A DNA stretch of 64,000 nt from a virus (lineage: Duplodnaviria; Caudoviricetes): the IMG/VR virus record IMGVR_UViG_3300010356_002264. One strand, given 5' to 3'. The translations under genes and the position numbers were made by a program. Positions 1 to 9,376 of the stretch are shown piece by piece. Each line of letters opens with the position of its first letter. Positions within the stretch are counted from its first letter, which is position 1. The notes under the pieces were generated by a model. It was not told the DNA's origin and made no database searches. It worked only from the letters and a program-made list of their open reading frames with translations.

Positions 1-149
1 ATGGTGCTCTTACCCGCACCGTTACGTCCCCACAGGACATTGAGGCCCGGCTTGAAGCACACTTCCGTGAGCGCGCGCAGCGCCTCTACCTGGGACCACC
101 AGGGGACGATCGACCGGGCGGAATCCTTGACGAGCAGACGCGAGATCAC
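1..149 (-). CDS. ABC/AAA-type ATPase, N-terminal part (runs off the window edge)
   Basis: Not in the ORF track. GTG at 149 overlaps the upstream TGA; translates to ...FKPGLNVLWGRNGAGKST (Walker A). Confidence 0.75.
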   Translation of the reverse strand, partial: MISRLLVKDSARSIVPWWSQVEALRALTEVCFKPGLNVLWGRNGAGKST

Positions 150-613
150 GGGTCCCTCCACGGGCCCAGGACCTCTCCCGTCGCCCCATCCCTCTCCACG
201 ACCATCTGCACCGTCCCCTTGGCGGGTCCATCCTTGGTCCAGTAGTCGTAGAGGTACGTCTTGCCCTCGACGAAAACGTAGCCCCTCATGTTGTGGTTGG
301 TGAGGTCTTGCAGGTCAATGAGACCCGGCACGACGCGCCGAAGGGGCAGGATCAGCCCTCCGGCCTGGGCCGTCTTAGCCGCGGTGGCCTTCTCGATCTT
401 CTCGATCTTCAGGAGGTCCTCGACGGAGAAGTCCGTCGACGCGATGAGGTCACGAACCCGCGCAACTGGTACGCCCCGCAGGGCCTCCAGGATGACCTTC
501 TTGCAGGAGGGACAGTAGGTGGGGTCGTTCTGCACGTCCTGACAGCCTTGGCCAGACCCTTGGTAGTCGTAGGGAAGGGCGCAGTGCGCGCAGCGTTTTC
601 TCTGGTGTGTCAC
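146..613 (-). CDS. hypothetical protein with CxxC pairs
   Basis: CAHC and CPSC motifs; GTG at 613 is 36 nt downstream of CAGCTC. Confidence 0.7.
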   Translation of the reverse strand: MTHQRKRCAHCALPYDYQGSGQGCQDVQNDPTYCPSCKKVILEALRGVPVARVRDLIASTDFSVEDLLKIEKIEKATAAKTAQAGGLILPLRRVVPGLIDLQDLTNHNMRGYVFVEGKTYLYDYWTKDGPAKGTVQMVVERDGATGEVLGPWRDP

Positions 614-663
614 CCTGCTCACCCGAGGTGCCACAACGCGCGAGAGCTGTGCGATCGTGGGGT

Positions 664-1263
664 ATGTCTTTGTCCCGCACGGCTGGCTGGATCCCGAGCT
701 CCTTCCGATCCCCGGAGGACGAGAGCGACCCGAACCTCAACCGAAAGCCCATCGTCCTCGACGTACTGGGACCCGACTTCCGCACCTCGCTGCTCGGAAC
801 GGACCTCAAGCTGGTACTGCACGCCAACCCGAGTCAGGTGTCGGTGACGCGACCCAAGCTCACGACGACCGCCAACACGGAGCGAGGCCGCGTCCGCTGG
901 CACTACGGGCAGGCGGTCGCGCAGTTCTCCATGGAGGGGGCCACCGGGGGGTTTGTTCGCATGTACGCGGGCCTGACCGGGCTCGCCTCGATGGCCCGCA
1001 ACATCCCGTCACGAAGGGAGACCATCGCGTACGAGCGGTACCGAGACCTGCTGGCCCTGTTCCGCAACAACGCGTGCGTCTACTCATCGCGGGGCACGCC
1101 GATCCACTATGGGGTCATCGTGGTGACCTACGACGGAGCGAGCTACCGCGGCTGGTGGTCGAGCTTCACCTCCGCGGAGGACGCCTCCCGTCCGTACCAG
1201 TTCACGGTGAGCGCCGACCTCCAGGTGCGCGAGGAGCGCCGCGTGGCACGATCTCCCGCCTAG
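664..1263 (+). CDS. putative tail tube-initiator/baseplate protein (paralog of 8391..9368)
   Basis: LHANPSQVSVTRPK and VVTYDGASYRGWWSSF match motifs in 8391..9368; resembles gpU/gp48/gp54-like proteins. Confidence 0.55.
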   Translation: MSLSRTAGWIPSSFRSPEDESDPNLNRKPIVLDVLGPDFRTSLLGTDLKLVLHANPSQVSVTRPKLTTTANTERGRVRWHYGQAVAQFSMEGATGGFVRMYAGLTGLASMARNIPSRRETIAYERYRDLLALFRNNACVYSSRGTPIHYGVIVVTYDGASYRGWWSSFTSAEDASRPYQFTVSADLQVREERRVARSPA

Positions 1264-1325
1264 TAGGCGCTCAGCTCCGCCCCGCGACATGATCCCCACG
1301 GGTCTCCTAGAAAGGACTCATCGTC

Positions 1326-3083
1326 ATGAGGCTCACACCGCTCGCCAAGGGATTCATCACGCTCGTCATTCTCTCCGTAGTGGGGATCGTCTTGTGGACG
1401 AACCCGGGGCTGCGCAGCAAGCTTGCCCCCTCGAAGCCAACCCAGGAATCGCAGGTCCCGCAGATGGCGCAGTTGCCGGGCAGCAAGCAGGTCACGGCGG
1501 ACAAGCTGTCCGGTCAGCCGGGCTGCACCGACCGCCCAGAGGTCAAGCTCTGCATCCCGGCCTGGAACGGCCAGATGGGGCTCATCTACGCCACGGGAGG
1601 TGCGCAGGCGGGTCAGGGGAGCCTCATGTGCCGTCAGGGGGTTAACCTGCGCCTGGTGCGCGAGGACGACACAGCGAAGGCGTTCGCGGCGATCAGCACC
1701 TTCGCCACGGCCTTCCAGAAGGGAGAGCGGCAGCCCGCAGGCTGCGCGGGCATGGTCGTGATGGGCGACTCGCTGGCGCTCCACTACAACAACCTGAACA
1801 CCCAGCTTCGCACCGTCTGTCCGCGCTGCGAGGCCAAGGCCGTCGCGGTCCTCGGGTTCAGTGCCGGGGAAGACGTGGTGATGGTCCGCCCCGAGGCTCA
1901 GAAGGACCCGCAGAAGTTGCGCGGCAGCTACATCGCGGTCGTGCCCGGTGACGGGGACTACAACCTCCTCGTGCAGGGGGCCGCGATCAACAACCTGCCG
2001 GTGAACCCGAACTACAAGGTGTTCGACCCGAACGCCATCAACATCTACGCGGTCGCCGACTACCTCAAGGCCGCGGAGGCGTACATCGCCTCCCACTGCG
2101 AGAAGCTGCCCGACGCGAAGACCGGCGAGGTCGCACAGCACTGCGTCGATGGTGTCGCCACCTGGACGCCGGGCGACGCGAACATCGCCGAGCAGCGAGG
2201 TGGCCTCGTTCCGTGGATCTCGACGCGGGACTTCCCCCGCCAGATGCCAACCACGCTCATCCTCTACGGCCCCTGGGCCGAGGCCAACATGGACCTCGTG
2301 ACGGGGATGCTCGTCGCGGCGTTTCAGGGCAACGAGGCCGTCATGCGCAGCGATACCGCGCTCCACGCGGCGGCAGGCTTCTCGGCGCTCGTCTACAACG
2401 AGAAGGATGGCACCTACTGGAAGCGCTACTTCACGCGGCACGCCGAGACGGACAAGACCGGACAGCAGGTCGAACTCGGAGGGTCGTCGGTCGCCTCGTG
2501 GGCCGTGGCGAACGGCGTCATGACCAATGGCGTCTTCGAGGCCGTCTACCAGAACTTCGGGAACATCTTCCACAAGATGGACCCCGCCACGCTCCCGACG
2601 GTCCCCCCGTACTCCCAGGCGGTCGACCTGCGCTACATGGATCAGGCGGGATCGAAGCTCAAGCTCTTGAACCAGGCGGGTACCCCTGACGCTCCCACCT
2701 TCTCGGCCGCGACCCCCATGACGCGGCAGGTTGGTCGGCGCTCCTGGGCGATCCAGTTTCAGTCGGGGAAGGCGACCTTCGACCCGGCGACCTACGCGAC
2801 GCTGGATCAGCTTCGCACCCAGGCGATGATCGCCACCGGAACCATCATGGAGGTCCATGGACACACGGACTCGGCGGGCAGCCCAGCACGCAACATGATC
2901 TTGTCCCGCGAGCGTGCGGCGGCGGTCCAGCAGTACCTCATCGGGAAGTCGAACGGCGTCCTCACCCTAGCTGCCGTGCGCGTCTTCGCACACGGGTCCG
3001 ACCAACCTGTCGCCGACAACTCGACCGCTGAGGGCCGCGCGCAGAACCGACGCGTCGAGGTGGTCGTCGGGGCGGTCAACTAG
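1326..3083 (+). CDS. ABC substrate-binding protein (NMT1/TauA-like) fused to a C-terminal OmpA domain
   Basis: N-terminal TM anchor; C-terminal GHTD...NMILSRERAAAV...GRAQNRRVEV OmpA motifs; followed by a permease. Confidence 0.85.
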   Translation: MRLTPLAKGFITLVILSVVGIVLWTNPGLRSKLAPSKPTQESQVPQMAQLPGSKQVTADKLSGQPGCTDRPEVKLCIPAWNGQMGLIYATGGAQAGQGSLMCRQGVNLRLVREDDTAKAFAAISTFATAFQKGERQPAGCAGMVVMGDSLALHYNNLNTQLRTVCPRCEAKAVAVLGFSAGEDVVMVRPEAQKDPQKLRGSYIAVVPGDGDYNLLVQGAAINNLPVNPNYKVFDPNAINIYAVADYLKAAEAYIASHCEKLPDAKTGEVAQHCVDGVATWTPGDANIAEQRGGLVPWISTRDFPRQMPTTLILYGPWAEANMDLVTGMLVAAFQGNEAVMRSDTALHAAAGFSALVYNEKDGTYWKRYFTRHAETDKTGQQVELGGSSVASWAVANGVMTNGVFEAVYQNFGNIFHKMDPATLPTVPPYSQAVDLRYMDQAGSKLKLLNQAGTPDAPTFSAATPMTRQVGRRSWAIQFQSGKATFDPATYATLDQLRTQAMIATGTIMEVHGHTDSAGSPARNMILSRERAAAVQQYLIGKSNGVLTLAAVRVFAHGSDQPVADNSTAEGRAQNRRVEVVVGAVN

Positions 3084-3085
3084 CT

Positions 3086-3868
3086 ATGGCGACCCCACGC
3101 GTGACCTCCCTGCTCAGGCCCGCCGCGCCCTACAGCGTCGCGCTGTGGGCGGTCGCCTGGGGCGCGCTCGCGCTGGTCCTGTGGACGCGCGACACTCCGT
3201 CTGTCCTTCCATCACCGGCCGGTGTCCTTCAGGCGCTCGCCGGCCTGTGGTGGCACGGGGGCCTGGGGCCGGAGCTATTCGCTACGATGCGGCTCATCGG
3301 TCACGCGACCCTCATCACGGTCGTGCTGTCGCTCGGCCTGGCCTACCTGAGCGTGGTGCCGGCGTTTCGACCCCTCGTCCATGCGGTCGCCGGCCTACGG
3401 TTCGCGGGCATCCTCGGGATGTCGGTGCCCTTCACGGTGGCGTTCGGAGGCGGTCATCCCCTCAAGGTCGCGCTCCTAACCTTCGGGATGAGCACGTTCC
3501 TCGTCGCGGCCACTGCCCAGGTGGTCGACGCGATCCCGGCGTCGACCTACGACTACGCCCGCACCCTCGGAGGGTCGCGGCTGCGTCTCGTCTGGGAGGT
3601 CGTCGTGCGGGGTACGCTGCACGACATGCTCGACGCGCTCCGTCAGAACGTCGCAATGGGATGGGCCATGATCACCGCCGTCGAGGGGATCTCGCGCGCA
3701 GAGGGTGGGATCGGCGCGCTCGCGCTCAACCAGGAGAAGCACTTCCTGCTCCCCGAGGTGTTCGCGGTCGTGCTGGTGGTCACTCTCGTGGGAATCCTCA
3801 TCGACTACCTCATGCGCCTGCTCATCGACATCCTGTGCCCCTACGTGGCGATCACGAGGGCAAAATGA
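3086..3868 (+). CDS. ABC transporter permease (NitT/TauT family)
   Basis: Multiple TM helices, LPSP motif, EAA-like YARTLGGS, and EGGIG. Confidence 0.85.
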   Translation: MATPRVTSLLRPAAPYSVALWAVAWGALALVLWTRDTPSVLPSPAGVLQALAGLWWHGGLGPELFATMRLIGHATLITVVLSLGLAYLSVVPAFRPLVHAVAGLRFAGILGMSVPFTVAFGGGHPLKVALLTFGMSTFLVAATAQVVDAIPASTYDYARTLGGSRLRLVWEVVVRGTLHDMLDALRQNVAMGWAMITAVEGISRAEGGIGALALNQEKHFLLPEVFAVVLVVTLVGILIDYLMRLLIDILCPYVAITRAK

Positions 3869-4161
3869 GCCGAACCGCCCCGCAAGGGGTCGAGCTCGAG
3901 GCCCTCATGCAGGACCCGGAGTTCCGCCGCTCCGTGCAAGTGCAGCTTGCGGCGCAGGGGTTCCTCGCGCAGGTGAGACGCCTCTTGTTGGCCCAGGGAG
4001 TGCCCAAGGAGGCCCACGCGCGCGTGCTCGCGAAGTGCCTTGGCTGGACCGAGCGTCAATGCAGCGCGCTGCTCAAGGACGCGAACCGCTTGACGGTTGA
4101 GCACGCGACCCACATCGCTCATGCGTTCGGATTCCGACTACGAATCACGATGGAACCGTAG
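3865..4161 (+). CDS. XRE-like helix-turn-helix protein
   Basis: LAKCLGWTERQCSALLKDANRLTVEHATHIAHAFG; ATGA overlap with the permease. Confidence 0.65.
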   Translation: MSRTAPQGVELEALMQDPEFRRSVQVQLAAQGFLAQVRRLLLAQGVPKEAHARVLAKCLGWTERQCSALLKDANRLTVEHATHIAHAFGFRLRITMEP

Positions 4162-4198
4162 ACAGCTCCGCCCCGCGCGACGGACCCGACACGTCCTC

Positions 4199-4231
4199 AT
4201 GGACAACCTGATCAACAGCGTGAGGGCGTAA
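4199..4231 (+). CDS. 10-aa leaderless micro-ORF MDNLINSVRA
   Basis: ATG exactly 36 nt after CAGCTC with CGAC at -12; its TAA overlaps the next ATG (TAATG). Confidence 0.45.
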   Translation: MDNLINSVRA

Positions 4232-4482
4232 TGGCTAGCTTTGACTGGGAGCTCCAAGATCAACTCGTGACGGCGACGGAGGAGGGGCCGGTCGCCCAGT
4301 GGTGCGACCGGCTGGCCTCGCTCTACAAGAAGGCGGGCGGTCAGGTGGCGCAGATCAACTGGAACAAGGCCCCCCTGTACGTCGCGGGCGACATCGTGGA
4401 GGGCGCGACATGCGGCGGTCTCCTGCCTCGTCTACGACAGGTGCTGGTGGAGTACGTTGGGACCAAGAAGAGTGCCCCGTGA
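4231..4482 (+). CDS. hypothetical protein
   Basis: ORF coupled on both sides (TAATG, GTGA). Confidence 0.6.
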   Translation: MASFDWELQDQLVTATEEGPVAQWCDRLASLYKKAGGQVAQINWNKAPLYVAGDIVEGATCGGLLPRLRQVLVEYVGTKKSAP

Positions 4483-5279
4483 CCGACACCATCCTCAAGG
4501 TCGACAGGGTGTGCCAGCGTCGTGGTGACCGGCTCATCCTGGACAACGTGAACTTCACGATCGTGGACCGCACGCGGGAGGGACGGACGACGGGGCAGGT
4601 CGTGGGGATCCTTGGACCGTCGGGCGTAGGCAAGACGACCCTCCTGCGGATCATCGCTGGCCTAGACGCGCCGGAGTCGGGTGCGGTGATAGACCTCACG
4701 GGAAGCCGATTGACCGACGACGTGGGACTGGTGTTCCAGCACTACCCCCTGCTCATACACCGAACCATACAGGACAACCTGGAGGTCGTGGGGCGCATGA
4801 GCGGGATGTCTCGCCGGGAGGCGAGGGACTGCGCCCTCTACTTGCTTCGTCAGTTCCGGCTGGAGGAGTGCGGACACCTCTACCCAGCCGACGTGTCGGG
4901 AGGGCAGCGCCAGCGGGCCGCCATCGCGCAGCAGGTCGTCAGGCCGCGCCGGCTCCTGCTGCTCGACGAGCCCTTCTCGGGTCTTGATCCGGCCGTGCTG
5001 GAGGACGTCATCGGGGCGATCGTCGCGGTGGCGAACCAGCACGACTGGAACACGGTGATCCTCGTCACGCACGACGTGCGCGCGGCGCTCCTGGTGAGCG
5101 ACACGCTGCTGCTGCTGGGTCGGTCGTCAATCCCGGGTGCGGGCCGGACGACCTCTGCGAGCATTCAGGGGACCTACGACCTCGTCAAGCAGGGACTGGC
5201 GTGGCATCCAGAACTCGTGGGGACGCCCGTCTTCGCTGAGGCCGAACGCGAGCTCCGCGACCGCTTCCGGAGCCTGTAG
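4479..5279 (+). CDS. ABC transporter ATP-binding protein (NitT/TauT family)
   Basis: GPSGVGKTT, VSGGQRQR, LLLLDEPFSGLD, VTHD. Confidence 0.92.
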   Translation: MTDTILKVDRVCQRRGDRLILDNVNFTIVDRTREGRTTGQVVGILGPSGVGKTTLLRIIAGLDAPESGAVIDLTGSRLTDDVGLVFQHYPLLIHRTIQDNLEVVGRMSGMSRREARDCALYLLRQFRLEECGHLYPADVSGGQRQRAAIAQQVVRPRRLLLLDEPFSGLDPAVLEDVIGAIVAVANQHDWNTVILVTHDVRAALLVSDTLLLLGRSSIPGAGRTTSASIQGTYDLVKQGLAWHPELVGTPVFAEAERELRDRFRSL

Positions 5280-5318
5280 TTCAGCTCGACAGAACACGAA
5301 AACCTCATCTCCCCTTCC

Positions 5319-6476
5319 ATGAGCACAGCCCAACTCCTCATTCCCTCCAAGCTGCGCGTGGGGTTCCAGGCGCGGTCCGACACCTACTCAGGACGTCTCG
5401 GGTTCGTCATCTACTTCGACGCCCAGGGGGTCCTGCGGAAGGCCACGGCCTGGTCCCGGTGGTGCGCCCGAAGCACCCCTCCTATCGACCCAGTCGACTA
5501 CGACAACCTCCCCACCGAGGGGTTCGTCCTCAACAGGGACGGCGGGGGGTCCCGACACTCGTACGGCTGGCACGTGCGGAACCCCTTCGCGCGCGTCTAC
5601 GACCCGCGGGGGTTCGAGGTGGAGATCACCATCCCGAACCTGTTCCTCATCCTGCGCGAGGGGACATGCCACCCAGGTAAGGGCCTGGAAGGCAAGTTCG
5701 TCTACGCCTGGGACAATCAGCAGCTCGTGCTGTTGCCCGTCAAGTCCGTCGACTACGAGCAGTCCACCGGATTCACGGCTCTACAGGGCCTGGAGGTCAC
5801 GGCGAAGGACCTCGTCGCCGGGCACACCTACGAGACGAAGCGCCAAGAGCATTGGGTGTACCTCGGGCGGTTTGATTACTACTACGCGGTCAGCGAGGGC
5901 CCCCCGCGAGCGTTGTGTCCGGACGAGACGCAGGGCAAGAAGCCCCCCAAACCCCGGAAGGACAAGGGGGTGCGGAAGAAGTACATCTTCGCGAAGCAGG
6001 CCGGCGACAAGTGGGTCCTCGTCTACCTCAACGAGCCCAAGGGGATCGCCCGCGTGTCCTCGACGACGACCCCGGACAACTTCGCGCACCTCGTCGACCT
6101 CCACACGCGAACCTTCCGTGGCAGCCGAGTCGAGAAGCTGGTGCTACGCCCGTCAAACGACAGGCAAACACCCCACGGATACGATAAATGGGCGTACGAG
6201 ATCGAACCTGGGACCTTTGCCCTCGCGGAGACGTACTCTCGTGGGGGTAAAGGACAGTACACCCACATCGAGAACAAGGTCTCGCTGCGGGCCGGCACAC
6301 TGGTCATCCAACCCCACGTAAACGGGTATGCGTTTGCTCCCGATTGCCCCCGGGAGCACTGGCAGAAACGGGCCGAAGGAATCGAGTGGCGCGAGCCCAC
6401 CGATGAGGTGCTGTACGCGCGCCTGGAGTGCGGGGTCGAGATTCCTGTGGTCCCCTGGCACATGAGAAAGGACTGA
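5319..6476 (+). CDS. phage hypothetical protein
   Basis: 385-aa ORF with typical codon use; CAGCTC 37 nt upstream. Confidence 0.75.
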   Translation: MSTAQLLIPSKLRVGFQARSDTYSGRLGFVIYFDAQGVLRKATAWSRWCARSTPPIDPVDYDNLPTEGFVLNRDGGGSRHSYGWHVRNPFARVYDPRGFEVEITIPNLFLILREGTCHPGKGLEGKFVYAWDNQQLVLLPVKSVDYEQSTGFTALQGLEVTAKDLVAGHTYETKRQEHWVYLGRFDYYYAVSEGPPRALCPDETQGKKPPKPRKDKGVRKKYIFAKQAGDKWVLVYLNEPKGIARVSSTTTPDNFAHLVDLHTRTFRGSRVEKLVLRPSNDRQTPHGYDKWAYEIEPGTFALAETYSRGGKGQYTHIENKVSLRAGTLVIQPHVNGYAFAPDCPREHWQKRAEGIEWREPTDEVLYARLECGVEIPVVPWHMRKD

Positions 6477-6481
6477 GCCCC

Positions 6482-6934
6482 ATGTCGAGCACCCAGTCAA
6501 ACACCGACGACAAGATCGAGGCCCTCCTCCAGCGCATCCAGCAGCAGAAGGACGCGATCGCCGAGCTTGAGCGTCCGTCCTACAAGACGAACCTCACGTT
6601 CTCGTTCGCCGAGGGGGACAACCGTACGCACAACCTCCACACGGTGAGCAGCGTGGCGACCCTCATCAAGATGGCCGCCCACGTGCAGGCGCAGGCCCGC
6701 GACTACCACGAGGCGGCGGCCAGCCTTATCAGCGAGGACAAGGTCCCCCCGTTCCTGTGGAACGGGTTCTCCGCGACCGACTGGGTACACGACATCCAGA
6801 TCCTCATCAGGCGGTGCGCCCTCAAGGCAGAGCGCGACAAGCTCGCCGCGATGGAGGAGGCCCTACACAAGATCCTGAGCCCGGAGCGCAAGGCCCAGCA
6901 GACGATCGCCGACATCGAGAAGCAGCTTGGATGA
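6482..6934 (+). CDS. coiled-coil hypothetical protein
   Basis: Operonic ORF rich in heptads. Confidence 0.7.
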   Translation: MSSTQSNTDDKIEALLQRIQQQKDAIAELERPSYKTNLTFSFAEGDNRTHNLHTVSSVATLIKMAAHVQAQARDYHEAAASLISEDKVPPFLWNGFSATDWVHDIQILIRRCALKAERDKLAAMEEALHKILSPERKAQQTIADIEKQLG

Positions 6935-7794
6935 GCGAGGTCAAGGTTACCTGGGTGATCGAGGCGGAGGTGTTTCCCGCCGACGGAGTGGCTGCGCTTG
7001 AGGCTGAGGCCATTCGGGCGGGGCATCACGTCGTCGGATGGAAGGATGAGTGGAAGGACCCGCCCAGCCCCATCCAGCCAGCGGGGATGAACGTGGCGAG
7101 CCCGTTCGTGTTCCGCGGCAGCCTGGGGAACGCCCTCTGGGTGCGTGAGAACCTGGCCTGGCGGCCGGGCGCGTACTGCGACGCCCAGGCGTTCTGCTGC
7201 ACGAGCTACTACCCCCGCGCGGAACGATGGCTCCTCTGCGGAGCCAAGTGGCGCGCTCTGACCGCCCAGCAGTTCGTCGCGGAGGCACTAGACCAGCACC
7301 TCCAGCACTTCTTCGTGCGTCCCGACAGCCCGCTCAAGCCGTTCTCCGGGCGACTCCTCACGCGCGACCAGGTGTCGTGGGAGGCCATCGACTACGGGCT
7401 CTACTACGACGCGCGCGACCTCCTGGTGGTCGTCTCGGAGCCGCGGACGATCACGGCTGAGTGGCGCTTCGTGGTGGTCGACAGGCGGGTCGTCGCTGGG
7501 AGCGAGTACACCGCGCTCGGTCGCGCCGCGGTCCGCAGGGTGGAGGCCGGTCCCGCGTGGGACTTCGCGCAGGTGGTCGCCAGCGCGCTTGAACCCCCCG
7601 AGGACGTCTACGTGCTCGACGTATGTGAGGTGGACGGCCGCTACTACCTGCTGGAGCTCAACCCGTTCAGCGGAGCCGACCTCTACGCATGTGATCCCGC
7701 AGCAGTCATGCGCGCGGTGTCCGAGGTGGCACGGCGCGGGTTCACACCACTACCTCCTGTTCAGCTCCCGCCCTTCGTGCCCCCGCGACCCTAG
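6931..7794 (+). CDS. ATP-grasp domain protein (DUF4343/R2K-like)
   Basis: FVRPDSPLKPFSG, EWRFVV, YVLDVC, LLELNPFSGADLY. Confidence 0.8.
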   Translation: MSEVKVTWVIEAEVFPADGVAALEAEAIRAGHHVVGWKDEWKDPPSPIQPAGMNVASPFVFRGSLGNALWVRENLAWRPGAYCDAQAFCCTSYYPRAERWLLCGAKWRALTAQQFVAEALDQHLQHFFVRPDSPLKPFSGRLLTRDQVSWEAIDYGLYYDARDLLVVVSEPRTITAEWRFVVVDRRVVAGSEYTALGRAAVRRVEAGPAWDFAQVVASALEPPEDVYVLDVCEVDGRYYLLELNPFSGADLYACDPAAVMRAVSEVARRGFTPLPPVQLPPFVPPRP

Positions 7795-8016
7795 TTTGTC
7801 TGGGTGCCTAATCTCTCAGCCGTTTTGTGGCAGGTCTCGTGCGAACCGCTGGGTCCGGACAGTTCCAAGGCTGTGGGGCAACATCTCCGAGCAGTCACAA
7901 CGAGATCATCGGGCGGCTCAGCGGCCTCAAGCGAGTCGATGCTGAAACATCGCAGCCAGCGGCGAGGCGGAAGGTTTGTCGCCGCGCTGGGATCTCCCTA
8001 TCATGGGGTCCTAGTC

Positions 8017-8388
8017 ATGCAGCTAAACCCAACGGACAGGGCGATCGCACGACGACTCGCTGCGGGCCGGGTCCCTGATGTCCCTTACGAGAGCCCGTAC
8101 AAGAAACTCCCAGTGGATGTTCGCCGGGAGTTCAAGCCCGCGATGCGCCACCTCGAGGAGGTAGCGCAGGTCACGCGGGCCGCCGCGCACGCGCTGGAGA
8201 GCGGGATGCAGGTGCGCGACGAGGGGAGGCGGGCGTGGAACCCCTCTCGCCTCAGGAACGGCCACGAGCTCCTCCGTTACGCTCCCATGCACCTGCGACG
8301 AAACGGCCTCACGGCGCTCGCGGATGAGGTGGGTGCAGCGGTCGAGAAGGTGATCGCGGAGGACCTCCAGATCGTCGGGGACGAGTAG
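8017..8388 (+). CDS. hypothetical protein
   Basis: In-frame ATG at 8017; ends 2 nt before the next gene. Confidence 0.6.
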   Translation: MQLNPTDRAIARRLAAGRVPDVPYESPYKKLPVDVRREFKPAMRHLEEVAQVTRAAAHALESGMQVRDEGRRAWNPSRLRNGHELLRYAPMHLRRNGLTALADEVGAAVEKVIAEDLQIVGDE

Positions 8389-8390
8389 GC

Positions 8391-9368
8391 ATGGCCCGCG
8401 CGGACGACCCCCCGACGACGCAGGTCGCACCCGCGACGTACTACTACCGCCTACCCACCTCCCCTGCCTACCAGGTGACGGAGCGTGAGGGACCCCCGCT
8501 GCTCCCGAGCGGTGACGCGAACCTGCGCGGGTGGGCTCCGTTCCTCTTGCGGGTCGACCCGCCTCCTGCGCTGACCCCCAAGGACAAGAAGGCCGTACCC
8601 TCGAACTACGCGGGAGCGGTGAGCGGAGTGACGCCGGCCGCCAAGGGGTCTCGGGGGAGATCTGCCGGCCTGCGGACGGGGGAGGCGTTCACGGGGTCGG
8701 CCACCGGAGGAGGGCGCGAGCTGGACCCTACGTCCCCGCAGGTGGGGGACCGCCAGGTGGCCCGGTCGGTGCGAGAGCAGGTGGACATCGTCGCCTCGAC
8801 CCCACCGATCGTCCTGTACATCAACCCCACGTCGTTCTCGGTGACGCGCACGAAGGTCCAGCAGCTCCAGGACCGGAGCCGCTACGGCTACGTCTACCAA
8901 CCCTGGGGGGAGGAGGCGGAGAACCTGGCCATCTCCGTCCAGTGCGGAGCGTTCCTATCGCCAGGTCGCGGGATCCAGCGGGCGAGCCGCGCGGACTCAG
9001 CGGCCTGGCAGCAACTGGAGGCCCTGCTGGCGCTCTACCAGAGTGGCGGGAGCGTCTACGACCCCTACGGTGAGGTGGTGGCTCCCATCGCGGTGGGTCG
9101 CACCACCGTGCGCTATGACGGATGGACGTACTCAGGGCACCTCGAGCAGCTGTCCTGGGCCGAGGACGAGCGGACCCAGCTTGGCGGCGTCCGGATCGAG
9201 CTCCAGATGGTCGCCGACATGGTGCTCGACGAGCAGGTAGCCACCCTGGCCCCGCTGCCCACGACGCGTCTCCCGTCGACTAACACCGTCGTGCTTCCCT
9301 CCGAGCCGAACCCCGCACAGAGCCAACCGCAAGGACCGCTCTTCCCGCGCCCCTTCATTCGAGGGTAG
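8391..9368 (+). CDS. putative tail tube-initiator/baseplate protein
   Basis: LYINPTSFSVTRTK and TVRYDGWTYSGHLEQL; paralog of 664..1263. Confidence 0.55.
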   Translation: MARADDPPTTQVAPATYYYRLPTSPAYQVTEREGPPLLPSGDANLRGWAPFLLRVDPPPALTPKDKKAVPSNYAGAVSGVTPAAKGSRGRSAGLRTGEAFTGSATGGGRELDPTSPQVGDRQVARSVREQVDIVASTPPIVLYINPTSFSVTRTKVQQLQDRSRYGYVYQPWGEEAENLAISVQCGAFLSPGRGIQRASRADSAAWQQLEALLALYQSGGSVYDPYGEVVAPIAVGRTTVRYDGWTYSGHLEQLSWAEDERTQLGGVRIELQMVADMVLDEQVATLAPLPTTRLPSTNTVVLPSEPNPAQSQPQGPLFPRPFIRG

Positions 9369-9376
9369 AAGTCCCC

